A DNA stretch of 36,733 nt, taken from positions 21,833 through 58,565 of the forward strand of contig CAZFHY010000020.1 in NCBI GenBank assembly GCA_964519305.1, written 5' to 3'. Source of the DNA: Candidatus Undinarchaeota archaeon. Its GTDB lineage: Archaea; SpSt-1190; JASMDC01. This document shows, piece after piece, positions 18,257 through 26,917 of this stretch; the first letter of the stretch is position 1; every line of letters starts with the position of its first letter. The position numbers were made by a program, and so were the translations under genes. A model generated the notes under the pieces. That model did not search any database and was not told the DNA's origin. It saw nothing but the letters and a program-made list of their open reading frames with translations.

Positions 18257-19092
18257 ACCCTCACTACAGCGCCTTCCTCGGCAGCATCGTTGGTGTGTGC
18301 TAGTAGATGCGGGAGCTCGACCTGTAGGTCGTACTCTCCGCCCAGGGTGAACATGATCCGGTCATTACCGGACTTGTGCATGAACTTCTCGACGAGGTAG
18401 GGCTTCGCCCGGTAGCGGCTTTCCTGCTCGATCTCGTCCATGCGCGAGCCGAACCACACCTTCCGGAACTTCCCTCCCTTGAGACGCGCGTCCACGAAGT
18501 TAAGGATGAACTCGTCGTCGAACGCGAACTCGTCCCTGAGGTAGGTGGCGATCCGTGTCTCGGACCAGCCTTCATCCTTCCGAAGCTTCATGGCGAGAGC
18601 GTCTGTGGTCTGGTTGATACGCTGGTTTTGGACCATCCTGGCGATACCGGGTCGCTCGCCCGCGTCCATGAGCTGGTAGGCCACATCCATCGCCACGAGC
18701 TCCTCAAGCCATTCAGAGCGATCGTACAACGCCGCGTGGGTGCCCTCGTGGGCTAGGACATAGTCAACGGTGGCGGCGTCAGCAGCATGCTCGGTCTTCA
18801 CGTATACCTCGGTCTCACACCTCCCCTTCCGCTGATTGGCGTACCTAGTGTAGCCGTCACGGTCGATGTCGGCGAAGTCTAGGTTGTCGGTGGAATAGGT
18901 ATAGTGATGGCCGAAGTGGGCATTGACCAGGGAGAACACGCGCTCACCCTCGCATCTGAGCTCGTGGGTAGACATGATTGCATCGGTGCATCCGGCTGCC
19001 GTCCGGTACTGCTGAACACCATACCGGAGGTCACGAGCGATCTCATCGGTCGTGATGAAGTCCGTCCCGATGGAGTCGGCGAGGTCCTGCAT
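18253..19092 (-). CDS. Zincin-like HExxH putative metallopeptidase
   Basis: YVLAHEGTHAALYDRSEWLEE contains HExxH plus a downstream Glu. It has a 4-bp ATGA overlap with the next gene. Confidence 0.65.
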   Translation of the reverse strand: MQDLADSIGTDFITTDEIARDLRYGVQQYRTAAGCTDAIMSTHELRCEGERVFSLVNAHFGHHYTYSTDNLDFADIDRDGYTRYANQRKGRCETEVYVKTEHAADAATVDYVLAHEGTHAALYDRSEWLEELVAMDVAYQLMDAGERPGIARMVQNQRINQTTDALAMKLRKDEGWSETRIATYLRDEFAFDDEFILNFVDARLKGGKFRKVWFGSRMDEIEQESRYRAKPYLVEKFMHKSGNDRIMFTLGGEYDLQVELPHLLAHTNDAAEEGAVVRV

Positions 19093-19155
19093 TGTTAATC
19101 ACTCGCAAGTGGTGACTTGCCGGACCCAACATCCCTTTTTATACTCTCCGTTGGG
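19093..19155 (-). promoter_or_regulatory. Promoter/leader of the peptidase-phosphorylase-radical SAM operon
   Basis: The minus strand reads GGAGAGTATAAAAAGGGAT ... GCAAGTCACCACTTGCGAGTGATTAACA-ATG. A CCCAAC/GTTGGG inverted repeat flanks the TATA box. Confidence 0.6.
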
Positions 19156-19181
19156 GACCTAGAAACGAGGAATCCGGGTGC

Positions 19182-19316
19182 CTAGAACGCACCCAAGAGG
19201 TATACGATCCCTGCAGAGAGTAGAACTGCAAGGACGAACATCTCTAGAATGGAACGATAGGTCGAAAGAGGGAAACCCAGGAACAACTTTTCCTGATCGT
19301 CCTCGTTCTCCCCCAT
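19182..19316 (-). CDS. Small single-pass membrane protein (44 aa)
   Basis: MGENEDDQEKLFLGFPLSTYRSILEMFVLAVLLSAGIVYLLGAF. A TTAAA box lies ~29 nt before ATG 19316; the track's 19385 start is probably too long. Confidence 0.55.
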   Translation of the reverse strand: MGENEDDQEKLFLGFPLSTYRSILEMFVLAVLLSAGIVYLLGAF

Positions 19317-19397
19317 TCTAGACGGCGTGGAGTGCTTAACAGCTTTAAGGTTTTCCTTGGTCGGGCACGCGCCAAGCTCCATCAAATGATGCTGCCA

Positions 19398-19868
19398 TCA
19401 TCCGCCCCCCATCTCCCATTCGTGAAAGCATCGTTCCTCGCAGCTCGACAGGCCGTCCCCACACGGTCGGGTGCATGCACTACGCCCGGAATCGCACTGT
19501 CCATTGCATGAAGCATACTGGGTATCGCACTGTGCCCCGCAGGATGACCGTGTGGCGTCGCACGGAGCGATGCATCCGGCCTCCTCTTCGCGGCATGTAT
19601 CGAGGCACGCCTCGTTACCAGGAAAGAGTGATCCCAAATCATCGTCAACAATATCATCCGGGATACCATCACCAACATCCGGTATTTCATCACCAATATC
19701 CGCATAATCATCGAATGGGTCGCCCCAGGGAGCCCAATTGCCCGGCGCCGGTCCCCCGGTCGCCGCCCGGGATCCCTGGTGCTGGACCGCGCGCAGAGTG
19801 TACCCGTTGAGCACCATGGAGAGCACCGCCAGCGTCATCGCGGTGTAGAGGAGCGTGCGCTCGTCCAT
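19398..19868 (-). CDS. Secreted/anchored cysteine-rich protein with six CX3C units in 11-residue register
   Basis: N-terminal hydrophobic helix, an acidic D/G/I/P linker, then (CX3CX6)5CX3C. Confidence 0.75.
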   Translation of the reverse strand: MDERTLLYTAMTLAVLSMVLNGYTLRAVQHQGSRAATGGPAPGNWAPWGDPFDDYADIGDEIPDVGDGIPDDIVDDDLGSLFPGNEACLDTCREEEAGCIAPCDATRSSCGAQCDTQYASCNGQCDSGRSACTRPCGDGLSSCEERCFHEWEMGGG

Positions 19869-19875
19869 CGCAGGT

Positions 19876-22011
19876 CTACTCTCCGTGCTTCTCGATGAGC
19901 TCGATCACGTCGGGGAAGTCGATGCCCAGCTTCTTCACCGTTTCGAGGGTGGGCACGCCGTTGTTGTCCCATCCACGGCGCAGGTAAACCGCGTCCTTGA
20001 GCTTCTCGTACCGCTCCTCGCGGAACTTGCGCAGGATGGCGATCTTCTCCTCGGTGGACTTGCCTTCGATGTCGACCTCGTGAGTCTCTGTGAGCTGCTT
20101 GTCGTACCGTTCCTGGCGGGACTCGTACTCGATGGGGAGCACCGGGCCCACGGACCGGTATGGGATGTCGTCGTGCTTACGTTTACCGAACCCGAGCTTG
20201 AGGTTGAACAGCCGCTGGAAGTTGTACACCGGCTCGCTCATGGCGATGAGGTCCTCGGACTTGGACTTCCGGCCGGTCACGGCGGAGAAGTACTTGGCAT
20301 ACCACTCCACGTGCTTCATGACCTTGGCGGGCTCGTCGGTATCCTTGTTGTCCTCGGGCACGATGTCGTTCCAAGGCAGCTTGCACAGCCCGTTGAGACC
20401 GAACCACGTGCGCCACATGGGGAACCAGTGGAGCGCCTCGGCCTTCTGCTCGAAGGTGGGCATGAAGTTGTGCACCATGTCCAGGAAGATTAGCCAGGCC
20501 TCGTCGTGCTGGGGTCCCTTGAGCGCAAGACCGTACCCGCCCTGCTGGGCCAAAGACTCCTTGGTCATGTACTCGCTGAACTCCAGACCCTTGGCCTCCA
20601 TCCCGATGTCCTGCATGAGGACGGGATCGGCCCCGAACTTCTTTGCGAATATCTCCTTCATCTTGCGGATGCCCTGGCCAACGATGACACCGAAGCCCTC
20701 GTCGCGGGCCATCTGATGTAAAAGCTCCAGTGCAGCAAGGCGGTTGCCGAACTTCAGCTCCAGTCCGCCGGTGTGCTCGGTGGTGATGAGACCCAGCTCA
20801 TAGCACTCGAAGGCGAACGCCGCCCCAGTGCCGTAGGAGATCGTGTCGATGCCGTAGGTGTCGCAGTAGAAGTTGATCTCGACAACGGTATGGGGATCGA
20901 AGATGCCCAGGTTGGAGCCGCAGCCCGCGATGGTCTCGTACTCTGGACCGTCCACGAAAACCTTCTTCCCGGCGTAGGGGCCGGTGAGAGGAACGAAGTC
21001 CTTGACACCGTGGGCGCAGGCGACCGTGCACCCCTTCCAGCACCCGTCATACCCTTTATCGAAGAGTCGGCGGTACACCTCGGCCCCGAGGTTGGCGGCC
21101 TCGGGATGCTTGCCGTAGCGGTAGTTATGGGTGGGCAGGAGGTCGAAGTCGTCCATGATGGTGACCAGGTGTGTGGTACCCAGGATGGCCATCTCGTTCT
21201 GCTTGGGATCAAGCTCCTTGATCTCCTTGGAGTGGAGCTTGGCGACCTCCTTGAGCGCGTCGATGTCGGCCGGGGCGTTCGTGTCGACCTTGACCGGGTC
21301 CCAGCGGGCGACGATGGCCTTCAGACCCTTGTTCGCGAACACGGTACCGATACCGCCACGACCTGCCTGCTTGTAGCGGGCGATCTTGCGCGCCATGTCG
21401 TACCAGGAGAAGTTGAGGCACCCGATGAGCGTGTTCTTGGCCCCCGTGCCCGCGGTGACGACAGAGATGGTCTGGGGCTTGTCCCCGCCGAAGTGCTCGG
21501 TGAGGATCGCAGAGATCTCGTGTGCCTCCTCGGGAAGGTCGGGGATGCTCAGGACCTTGATCACGCCCTCGATGCCATCGATAAGGACCACGGTGTCCTC
21601 CATGCCCTTGCCGGCGACCTCGAGTGCGTCGAATCCGCTGAACTTGAGGAACGGGCCGAAGTAGCCACCTACGTTCGAGTCGATGATAGAGCCAGTGGTC
21701 GGCGAGATGGTTGTGACGATGCTCTTGCCCGAGCCAGGGTAGACGGGCGTGCCGCCCAGAGGACCGGCCGCGATGCAGATCTCGTTCTCCGGCGAATCCC
21801 ACTTGGTGTCGCCAGTGACCGCGTTCCACAGCAGCCATAGATCGAATCCCTTGCCGCCGATGAACGTCTTCTTCATGTTCTTGTCGACGGGCTTGACCTT
21901 GATCTCGTAGTCCGATATGTTCACGTACAGCGTTTGATCGGCATAACCGCGCTCGATTGCGGGCCGCTCGTAGGTGATGGATGCAAGCTCCTGGATGCTG
22001 AGTTTCGTCAT
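19876..22011 (-). CDS. aor: Aldehyde:ferredoxin oxidoreductase family (tungstopterin, 4Fe-4S)
   Basis: FIGGKG, SPTTG..DSNVGG, QAGRGG.G.V..KGLKAI, GCWKGCTVAC, GPEYET, CDTYGIDTIS, GLCKLPW and RGWD..GVPT. Confidence 0.93.
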   Translation of the reverse strand: MTKLSIQELASITYERPAIERGYADQTLYVNISDYEIKVKPVDKNMKKTFIGGKGFDLWLLWNAVTGDTKWDSPENEICIAAGPLGGTPVYPGSGKSIVTTISPTTGSIIDSNVGGYFGPFLKFSGFDALEVAGKGMEDTVVLIDGIEGVIKVLSIPDLPEEAHEISAILTEHFGGDKPQTISVVTAGTGAKNTLIGCLNFSWYDMARKIARYKQAGRGGIGTVFANKGLKAIVARWDPVKVDTNAPADIDALKEVAKLHSKEIKELDPKQNEMAILGTTHLVTIMDDFDLLPTHNYRYGKHPEAANLGAEVYRRLFDKGYDGCWKGCTVACAHGVKDFVPLTGPYAGKKVFVDGPEYETIAGCGSNLGIFDPHTVVEINFYCDTYGIDTISYGTGAAFAFECYELGLITTEHTGGLELKFGNRLAALELLHQMARDEGFGVIVGQGIRKMKEIFAKKFGADPVLMQDIGMEAKGLEFSEYMTKESLAQQGGYGLALKGPQHDEAWLIFLDMVHNFMPTFEQKAEALHWFPMWRTWFGLNGLCKLPWNDIVPEDNKDTDEPAKVMKHVEWYAKYFSAVTGRKSKSEDLIAMSEPVYNFQRLFNLKLGFGKRKHDDIPYRSVGPVLPIEYESRQERYDKQLTETHEVDIEGKSTEEKIAILRKFREERYEKLKDAVYLRRGWDNNGVPTLETVKKLGIDFPDVIELIEKHGE

Positions 22012-22134
22012 GGTACCACGTTCCTTTCGCGCGTCGATGGTCCGAGCGCAGGGATGTAGGAGGCTCCATGAGGAGAATGTTTTAAACGTAACTTTCGGGC
22101 CGTGGGAGCGGAGTGCACGGGCGAAGACGCGTGC

Positions 22135-22662
22135 TCACTTGTCCTTGATGAGCCCAAGCTCCTTCTTCATCGTGTAATGGCGCACCCAGTCGCCGCCAGG
22201 GACCTGAGGGAGGTCGTCCACCTTCTTCCCGGGCATGACGTACATACCGACGTTCTCCAGTTCACCCTCTTCCGTGTCCACGACGAACCGCTGCCGCTTG
22301 TAGCCGTAGTCACGTTCCATCCGGTCGAGGGTGCAGGCCGCCTCCTTGTTATGGACCTCGTACAGCTCTACCACGATGCTGTCCTCGGGTTCTCCGGTCT
22401 TGTAGGCGATGGGGAACTTGCCGACATCGCGCATGGCATAGCCGGAGAGGCGCCCCCCGCCCAGGAACGTAGCGTTCTGGTCCAGTTCGAAGGCCTCGTG
22501 GTTGTACTCACCCGCCCTGAGGGTACCGTAGATCAGCATGAGGTCGCCGGACGGCTCGAATCCCTCGATCAACGGCTGCTCGTCCCATTCTATCGATGCC
22601 ATCTCCGGACGGCGGTACGAGTCGACGATGGAAAGTGCGCGGTCGATGGGCCCGTCATACAT
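22135..22662 (-). CDS. Gamma-glutamylcyclotransferase (GGCT/AIG2-like) with acidic N-terminal extension
   Basis: IYGTLRAGEYNH, FP, VELYEV, LDRME..GYKR and GGDW. Confidence 0.88.
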   Translation of the reverse strand: MYDGPIDRALSIVDSYRRPEMASIEWDEQPLIEGFEPSGDLMLIYGTLRAGEYNHEAFELDQNATFLGGGRLSGYAMRDVGKFPIAYKTGEPEDSIVVELYEVHNKEAACTLDRMERDYGYKRQRFVVDTEEGELENVGMYVMPGKKVDDLPQVPGGDWVRHYTMKKELGLIKDK

Positions 22663-22710
22663 GGATCGTCACTTAATCGTGGTGACGACTGGACTGTGTA
22701 TAAAAAGGTT
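22663..22710 (-). promoter_or_regulatory. Promoter with TCGTCAC-N9-GTGACGA inverted repeat
   Basis: The minus strand reads AACCTTTTTATAC..GTCGTCACCACGATTAAGTGACGATCC-ATG. Confidence 0.6.
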
Positions 22711-22731
22711 GCCTTGAGGCACATGTCGGGC

Positions 22732-23163
22732 TCACTCCCGGGACGAGAAGCATCTCTTCCTGGAAAAACGCACCCAGTCGCCGAATGGCACGGACGGGCG
22801 GCCATCCAGTCTTTCTTCGCTCATTATGTAGATAGTACCTTCGATTATCCTGCCGTCCACCTCGACGGTCACCTCGACACGATCGTACCCCGCCCCACGC
22901 TCCAAGGCATCGACGCGTTCGCTCACTGCAGGGTCATGGACACGATAGGCCTCGACAACTATGCCGTCCGAGGACCCGTCCGAAGAATGGATGGCAGGGA
23001 AGGGCCCCAGCGAGCGCATGGTCCATCCCGCAAGCCGTGAAGTGCCCAGATAGGTGGCGCCCCGGTCAAGACCGCACCTGTCGTGGTTCGGCTCGCCACG
23101 GCGCAGGGTGCCGTAAACGATCAATACCGGACCGTCACCCGCTCCCTCATCCGCCGTCCCCAT
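22732..23163 (-). CDS. Gamma-glutamylcyclotransferase (GGCT/AIG2-like), second paralog
   Basis: VYGTLRRGEPNH, LGPFPA, VDALE..GYDR and FGDW. The start is ATG 23163 (TATA-like CCTAAAAG upstream) or ATG 23229, which abuts the ligase stop. Confidence 0.88.
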   Translation of the reverse strand: MGTADEGAGDGPVLIVYGTLRRGEPNHDRCGLDRGATYLGTSRLAGWTMRSLGPFPAIHSSDGSSDGIVVEAYRVHDPAVSERVDALERGAGYDRVEVTVEVDGRIIEGTIYIMSEERLDGRPSVPFGDWVRFSRKRCFSSRE

Positions 23164-23229
23164 GGCGTCAGGAGAGGGATCCCGTCCTTTTAGGTCTTTG
23201 GGATGTTCCGTACCCGTAATTGTTCCCAT

Positions 23230-24471
23230 TCATGTCGTGCGGCCGAGCACCTCGCGGACCTGTTCGTCCGCTGACAGCCCGGCCAGGTGATCTGCGACCG
23301 TGCCATGCTCGAGGACATGCTCTACCGGCGCCAGTACCGTGCCCCGCTCGCCCAATATTGTGAGCCCCTCCCGCGCGTAGGGAAGCAGCCGGCGCACCCA
23401 GTCATCGACCCGGGCCTCGTTCAGCACAGTACCGTCCGGTGACCAGTTCGCGTTCATGCCGTCCAGATAGGCAGCTTCTGTATACCTGTCGCAGCTACCG
23501 CGCTCCAGCGGAGCGTCGAGCATTTGGGCCATCGGATCATCAGGATGCTCGAATGTATAGTAGAGCAATCCCAGCTGAAATCCCGAAAGCGCGGAGGCAA
23601 CGTCGGTCATGGAGTGGACCACGTCCCCGTCCTCGTTCGTCAAGGCAAGAGGTGTGTCCATCCCACGCACCTCCACCATGTACGCCCCGTCACGGTGGCG
23701 CAAGCGGACGTTCGTCAGGACGCGATGCGGATCACCGTTCTCCAGCAGCTCGAGCTCCGGTTCCCTTCCGTCGAGCTCCCGGGCCCACGCGAAGTAGTCG
23801 TCGACCTCCTCGATGTCGGGACCGCTGCCGATGACATCTCGGCCGGTAACCATGTCGCGGGTAATCGCCCTGTAGAATAGCTGACGTGCGTTGTGGTAGT
23901 CCTCAGGACGCTCCCACCCGGCATCTCCGAGGAGCTGGGCCATCTCTCCAGAGAGCAGAGAGCCCGGGCTCGTCGAGCCGAGCGCGTTGGTAAGCGGGTG
24001 GAGCTTGCGCAGCACCCGGTATGCCGTGGCTGTCCTATCCTCGTCGTTGGCGAAAGAGCACGTGAACTGGAACCCCTTGATCGTTGAGAATCCCACATAC
24101 CAGGGATTGTCCACACCGTCCCCGCCGCGTTCGCTGAGCACGTCCCCGGTCTCGTAGCGGTGCACATCACCGGAGTACGTGGCCTGGGGGAAGAGGGCGC
24201 CCCCTGTATAGGACGTCAGTCCCCCCAGACCGTCCACGGCCTGGCTGGAATAGGCCGCGAGCTCTGTGATTGCACCGGTCACCGGAACGGGAACCGTCCC
24301 GATCTCCACCATCGCGTGACCGACCTCGGTGGAGTAGTCGTAAGGCAGTCCGTCCCGGTTGAGCCTGAGAGCATACGTGTTGAGCGGTTCGCCCGCAAGG
24401 GTCGTTCGCGGTGAGAAGGTAGTGGTGTCGACGGCTTCGAGCTCGAGCTCATAGCCGACAAGGTCATCCGT
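23230..24471 (-). CDS. Glutamate-cysteine ligase family 2 (GCS2/YbdK-like) carboxylate-amine ligase; non-canonical start or 5' frameshift
   Basis: The frame stays open upstream of the track start (24312) and encodes LVGYELELEAVD (the GxExE strand). Other motifs: E...MVEIGTVP, GFQF, ALGSTSP, YHNAR and NVRLR..VEVRGMD. There is no in-frame ATG/GTG/TTG between the TAG at 24517-24519 and 24312. Confidence 0.75.
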   Translation of the reverse strand, partial: TDDLVGYELELEAVDTTTFSPRTTLAGEPLNTYALRLNRDGLPYDYSTEVGHAMVEIGTVPVPVTGAITELAAYSSQAVDGLGGLTSYTGGALFPQATYSGDVHRYETGDVLSERGGDGVDNPWYVGFSTIKGFQFTCSFANDEDRTATAYRVLRKLHPLTNALGSTSPGSLLSGEMAQLLGDAGWERPEDYHNARQLFYRAITRDMVTGRDVIGSGPDIEEVDDYFAWARELDGREPELELLENGDPHRVLTNVRLRHRDGAYMVEVRGMDTPLALTNEDGDVVHSMTDVASALSGFQLGLLYYTFEHPDDPMAQMLDAPLERGSCDRYTEAAYLDGMNANWSPDGTVLNEARVDDWVRRLLPYAREGLTILGERGTVLAPVEHVLEHGTVADHLAGLSADEQVREVLGRTT

Positions 24472-24640
24472 ATATCTACCTAGGGAGTCGCTTTTCGCAC
24501 TCCCCCCTTTCTGCGTCTATCGTTAACATGACGCTGTATCTTGGCGGATATGTTTAAATAGGTTTCGTTTATCGCTAATATCTAGTACTAAACCTACGAT
24601 AATCGTAGCTCCACAGATACTGCATGAGGTTATTTAAATC
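24472..24640. promoter_or_regulatory. Divergent promoter region with structured leader and palindromes
   Basis: Mirror TATA boxes TTTAAATA (24553) and TATTTAAA (24631). CTACGAT-A-ATCGTAG palindrome at 24594-24608. Hairpins at 24483-24504 and 24513-24534. Confidence 0.55.
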
Positions 24641-24661
24641 CGCCCGCCCCCTTCCGTCCAC

Positions 24662-25534
24662 GTGTCCATTCCGGTCTATCTGGCGCCCATGTGCAATGTG
24701 ACCGACATCGCCTACCGTCAGCTGTGTCGTGAGCACGCCAAGGTCACGACCTGCCTGGACATGGTCAGCGCACGGGGACTGCTCACACGCGATGAGACGC
24801 CTCCCCTCCTGCCGGGCGACGGAGTGCAACTTCTGGGGGATGATCCGCAATATCTCGTTCCAGCGGCTCTCCGGTTCCCGGACGCGGCCTTCATCGACCT
24901 CAACGTGGGATGCTCGGTGCGCAAGGTCGTGCGCAAGGGACAGGGCTCGGCCATGCTCAAGGACCTTGTGAACCTCCGCCGGTGCATCGAAGCACTGGTG
25001 GACGCATGCCCGCAGCCTGTGACGGTCAAGATACGTACCGGTTGGGACAGGGATATGCTGAAGGACACGGCCGATGCCCTCAACGGCCTGGACATCGCTC
25101 GGGTGACGGTCCATGGCCGCACGGCGGTCCAGAACTACAGCTTGCCCTCCAATGGGCAGGCAATCGCTAAGGCCGTCGACCTCTTCGATGTCCCCGTGGT
25201 CGGCAATGGCGATGTCGTCTCGTTCGAGAGCGCAAAACGCATGGTCGAGGGAACCGGGTGCCAGGGCGTGATGGTCGGACGCGCGGCCATCAATGATCCG
25301 CTCGTCCTCCGCGATATCGAGCGCGGCGAGGACACGCGGAGGTCACCAGAGGAACGAATCGCTCTCTTCGAAGAGTACACTGGACTGGTTGAGCGTTACG
25401 GTAACGTACGGTTCCCCCAGGTGCGCCAGCATGCGGTATCGTTGTGCCGGAGCATGCCCGGGGCGGCGAAGAAACGGATGGCGATCATTCACAGCAGGGA
25501 CGTAGAGCAGGTTCTCGCCGTGCTTAAAGAATAA
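24662..25534 (+). CDS. dus: tRNA-dihydrouridine synthase family protein
   Basis: LAPM..VTD..YR, VQLLG, IDLNVGC, GSAML, PVTVKIR.GWD, VHGRT, VGNGDV and MVGRAA. Confidence 0.92.
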   Translation: MSIPVYLAPMCNVTDIAYRQLCREHAKVTTCLDMVSARGLLTRDETPPLLPGDGVQLLGDDPQYLVPAALRFPDAAFIDLNVGCSVRKVVRKGQGSAMLKDLVNLRRCIEALVDACPQPVTVKIRTGWDRDMLKDTADALNGLDIARVTVHGRTAVQNYSLPSNGQAIAKAVDLFDVPVVGNGDVVSFESAKRMVEGTGCQGVMVGRAAINDPLVLRDIERGEDTRRSPEERIALFEEYTGLVERYGNVRFPQVRQHAVSLCRSMPGAAKKRMAIIHSRDVEQVLAVLKE

Positions 25535-25644
25535 CTAAGTCCCATTCAGGACAATTATGAGTGATTCCGGTACATCCGGGCCAGCACCCTTTTAACCGTT
25601 CCTCACCTCCGCGGACCCACACGATAACCGAACTGGTGAACATC

Positions 25645-26913
25645 ATGGTACAGAAGAAAGAGAAAGTGATCCTGGCCTACAGTGGCGGTCTGGACACTTC
25701 AGTGATACTCAAGTGGCTCGTGAACAAGGGTTTCGACGTCATCGCCTACTGCGCTGACGTGGGGCAGGATGACGACTTCGAGGCCGTCAAGCAGAAGGCG
25801 CTCGCCACCGGGGCCTCCAAGGTCTACATCGAGGACCTCAAGGAGGAGTTCGTGGTGGACTACATATTGCCCGCTGTCCAGGGGAACGCCATATACGAGG
25901 GACGCTACCTTCTGGGAACGTCCCTGGCCCGCCCACCCACGGCCAAGCGTCAGATCGAGATCGCCTGGAAGGAGGGCGCAAAATACGTCTCCCACGGCGC
26001 CACGGGAAAGGGCAACGACCAGGTGCGCTTCGAGCTCACGTTCCTGGCCCTGGACCCGGACATCACCATCCTCTCCCCGTGGAAGGATCCCGAGTTCCTC
26101 GCCCAGTTCAAGGGGCGCAGCGACCTCCTCGACTATGCCAAGGAGCACGGTATCGACGTGACCGTTTCCAAGAAGAAGCCCTACAGCGAGGACGATAACC
26201 TGCTGCACATCTCTCACGAGGCAGGTGTGCTGGAGGACCCGGACTACCGCCCGCCCGAGCACGTGTTCTCCAAGAGCGTGTCCCCCAAGGACGCCCCCGA
26301 TAAGGAGACCACAATCCAGATCCACTTCAAGGATGGCAAGCCGGTCAAGGTCGTGAATCTGGACGACGGGACCCAGAAGGAGGGTGCACTGGCGCTGTTC
26401 ACGTATCTAAATGAGCTGGGCTCCGCCAACGGAATCGGACGCCTCGACATGGTGGAGAACCGCTTCATCGGTATCAAATCCCGCGGTGTGTACGAGACGC
26501 CTGGCGGTACCATCCTCTGGGAGGCCCACAGGGACCTTGAGGGCCTTGCCATGGACAAGGAGGTCATGCACCTCAGGGACACGCTGGCCCCTAAGTTCGC
26601 GGACCTCATCTACAACGGGTTCTGGTACTCGCCGGAGATGGACTTCCTCCTCTGTGCCATCGAGAAGAGCCAGGAGGCCATCGACGGGATCGTCACCCTC
26701 ACCCTCTACAAGGGGAACGTGATGGTCGTCGGCCGCTCGTCACCGACCTCGCTCTACGACGAGGACCTCTCCAGCATGGAGGTGGAGGGCGGGTACGACG
26801 CCACCGATGCCAAAGGGTTTATCAATATCAACGCCATCCGCCTAAAAGCACACCATCTGGTGCTGCACAAGAAGAAGCCTTACGGGTGGCGCAACCCGAA
26901 ACACTTCGGTTGA
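25645..26913 (+). CDS. argG: Argininosuccinate synthase
   Basis: [33 protein letters not shown] and [21 protein letters not shown] 25645 has a GGTGA SD. Confidence 0.97.
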   Translation: MVQKKEKVILAYSGGLDTSVILKWLVNKGFDVIAYCADVGQDDDFEAVKQKALATGASKVYIEDLKEEFVVDYILPAVQGNAIYEGRYLLGTSLARPPTAKRQIEIAWKEGAKYVSHGATGKGNDQVRFELTFLALDPDITILSPWKDPEFLAQFKGRSDLLDYAKEHGIDVTVSKKKPYSEDDNLLHISHEAGVLEDPDYRPPEHVFSKSVSPKDAPDKETTIQIHFKDGKPVKVVNLDDGTQKEGALALFTYLNELGSANGIGRLDMVENRFIGIKSRGVYETPGGTILWEAHRDLEGLAMDKEVMHLRDTLAPKFADLIYNGFWYSPEMDFLLCAIEKSQEAIDGIVTLTLYKGNVMVVGRSSPTSLYDEDLSSMEVEGGYDATDAKGFININAIRLKAHHLVLHKKKPYGWRNPKHFG

Positions 26914-26917
26914 GGAC

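Noticed and set aside
22012-22100. Possible Moco/tungsten riboswitch before aor
   Set aside because: The leader after the TATA box is too short and shows no multi-stem structure.
24890-24925. Dus motif reads GCS instead of GCP
   Set aside because: The catalytic Cys is retained, and a single substitution does not indicate a new function.
25600-25644. Anti-SD-like TCACCTCC upstream of the argG SD
   Set aside because: It lies only ~10 nt after the TATA box, so it is probably upstream of the transcript start.
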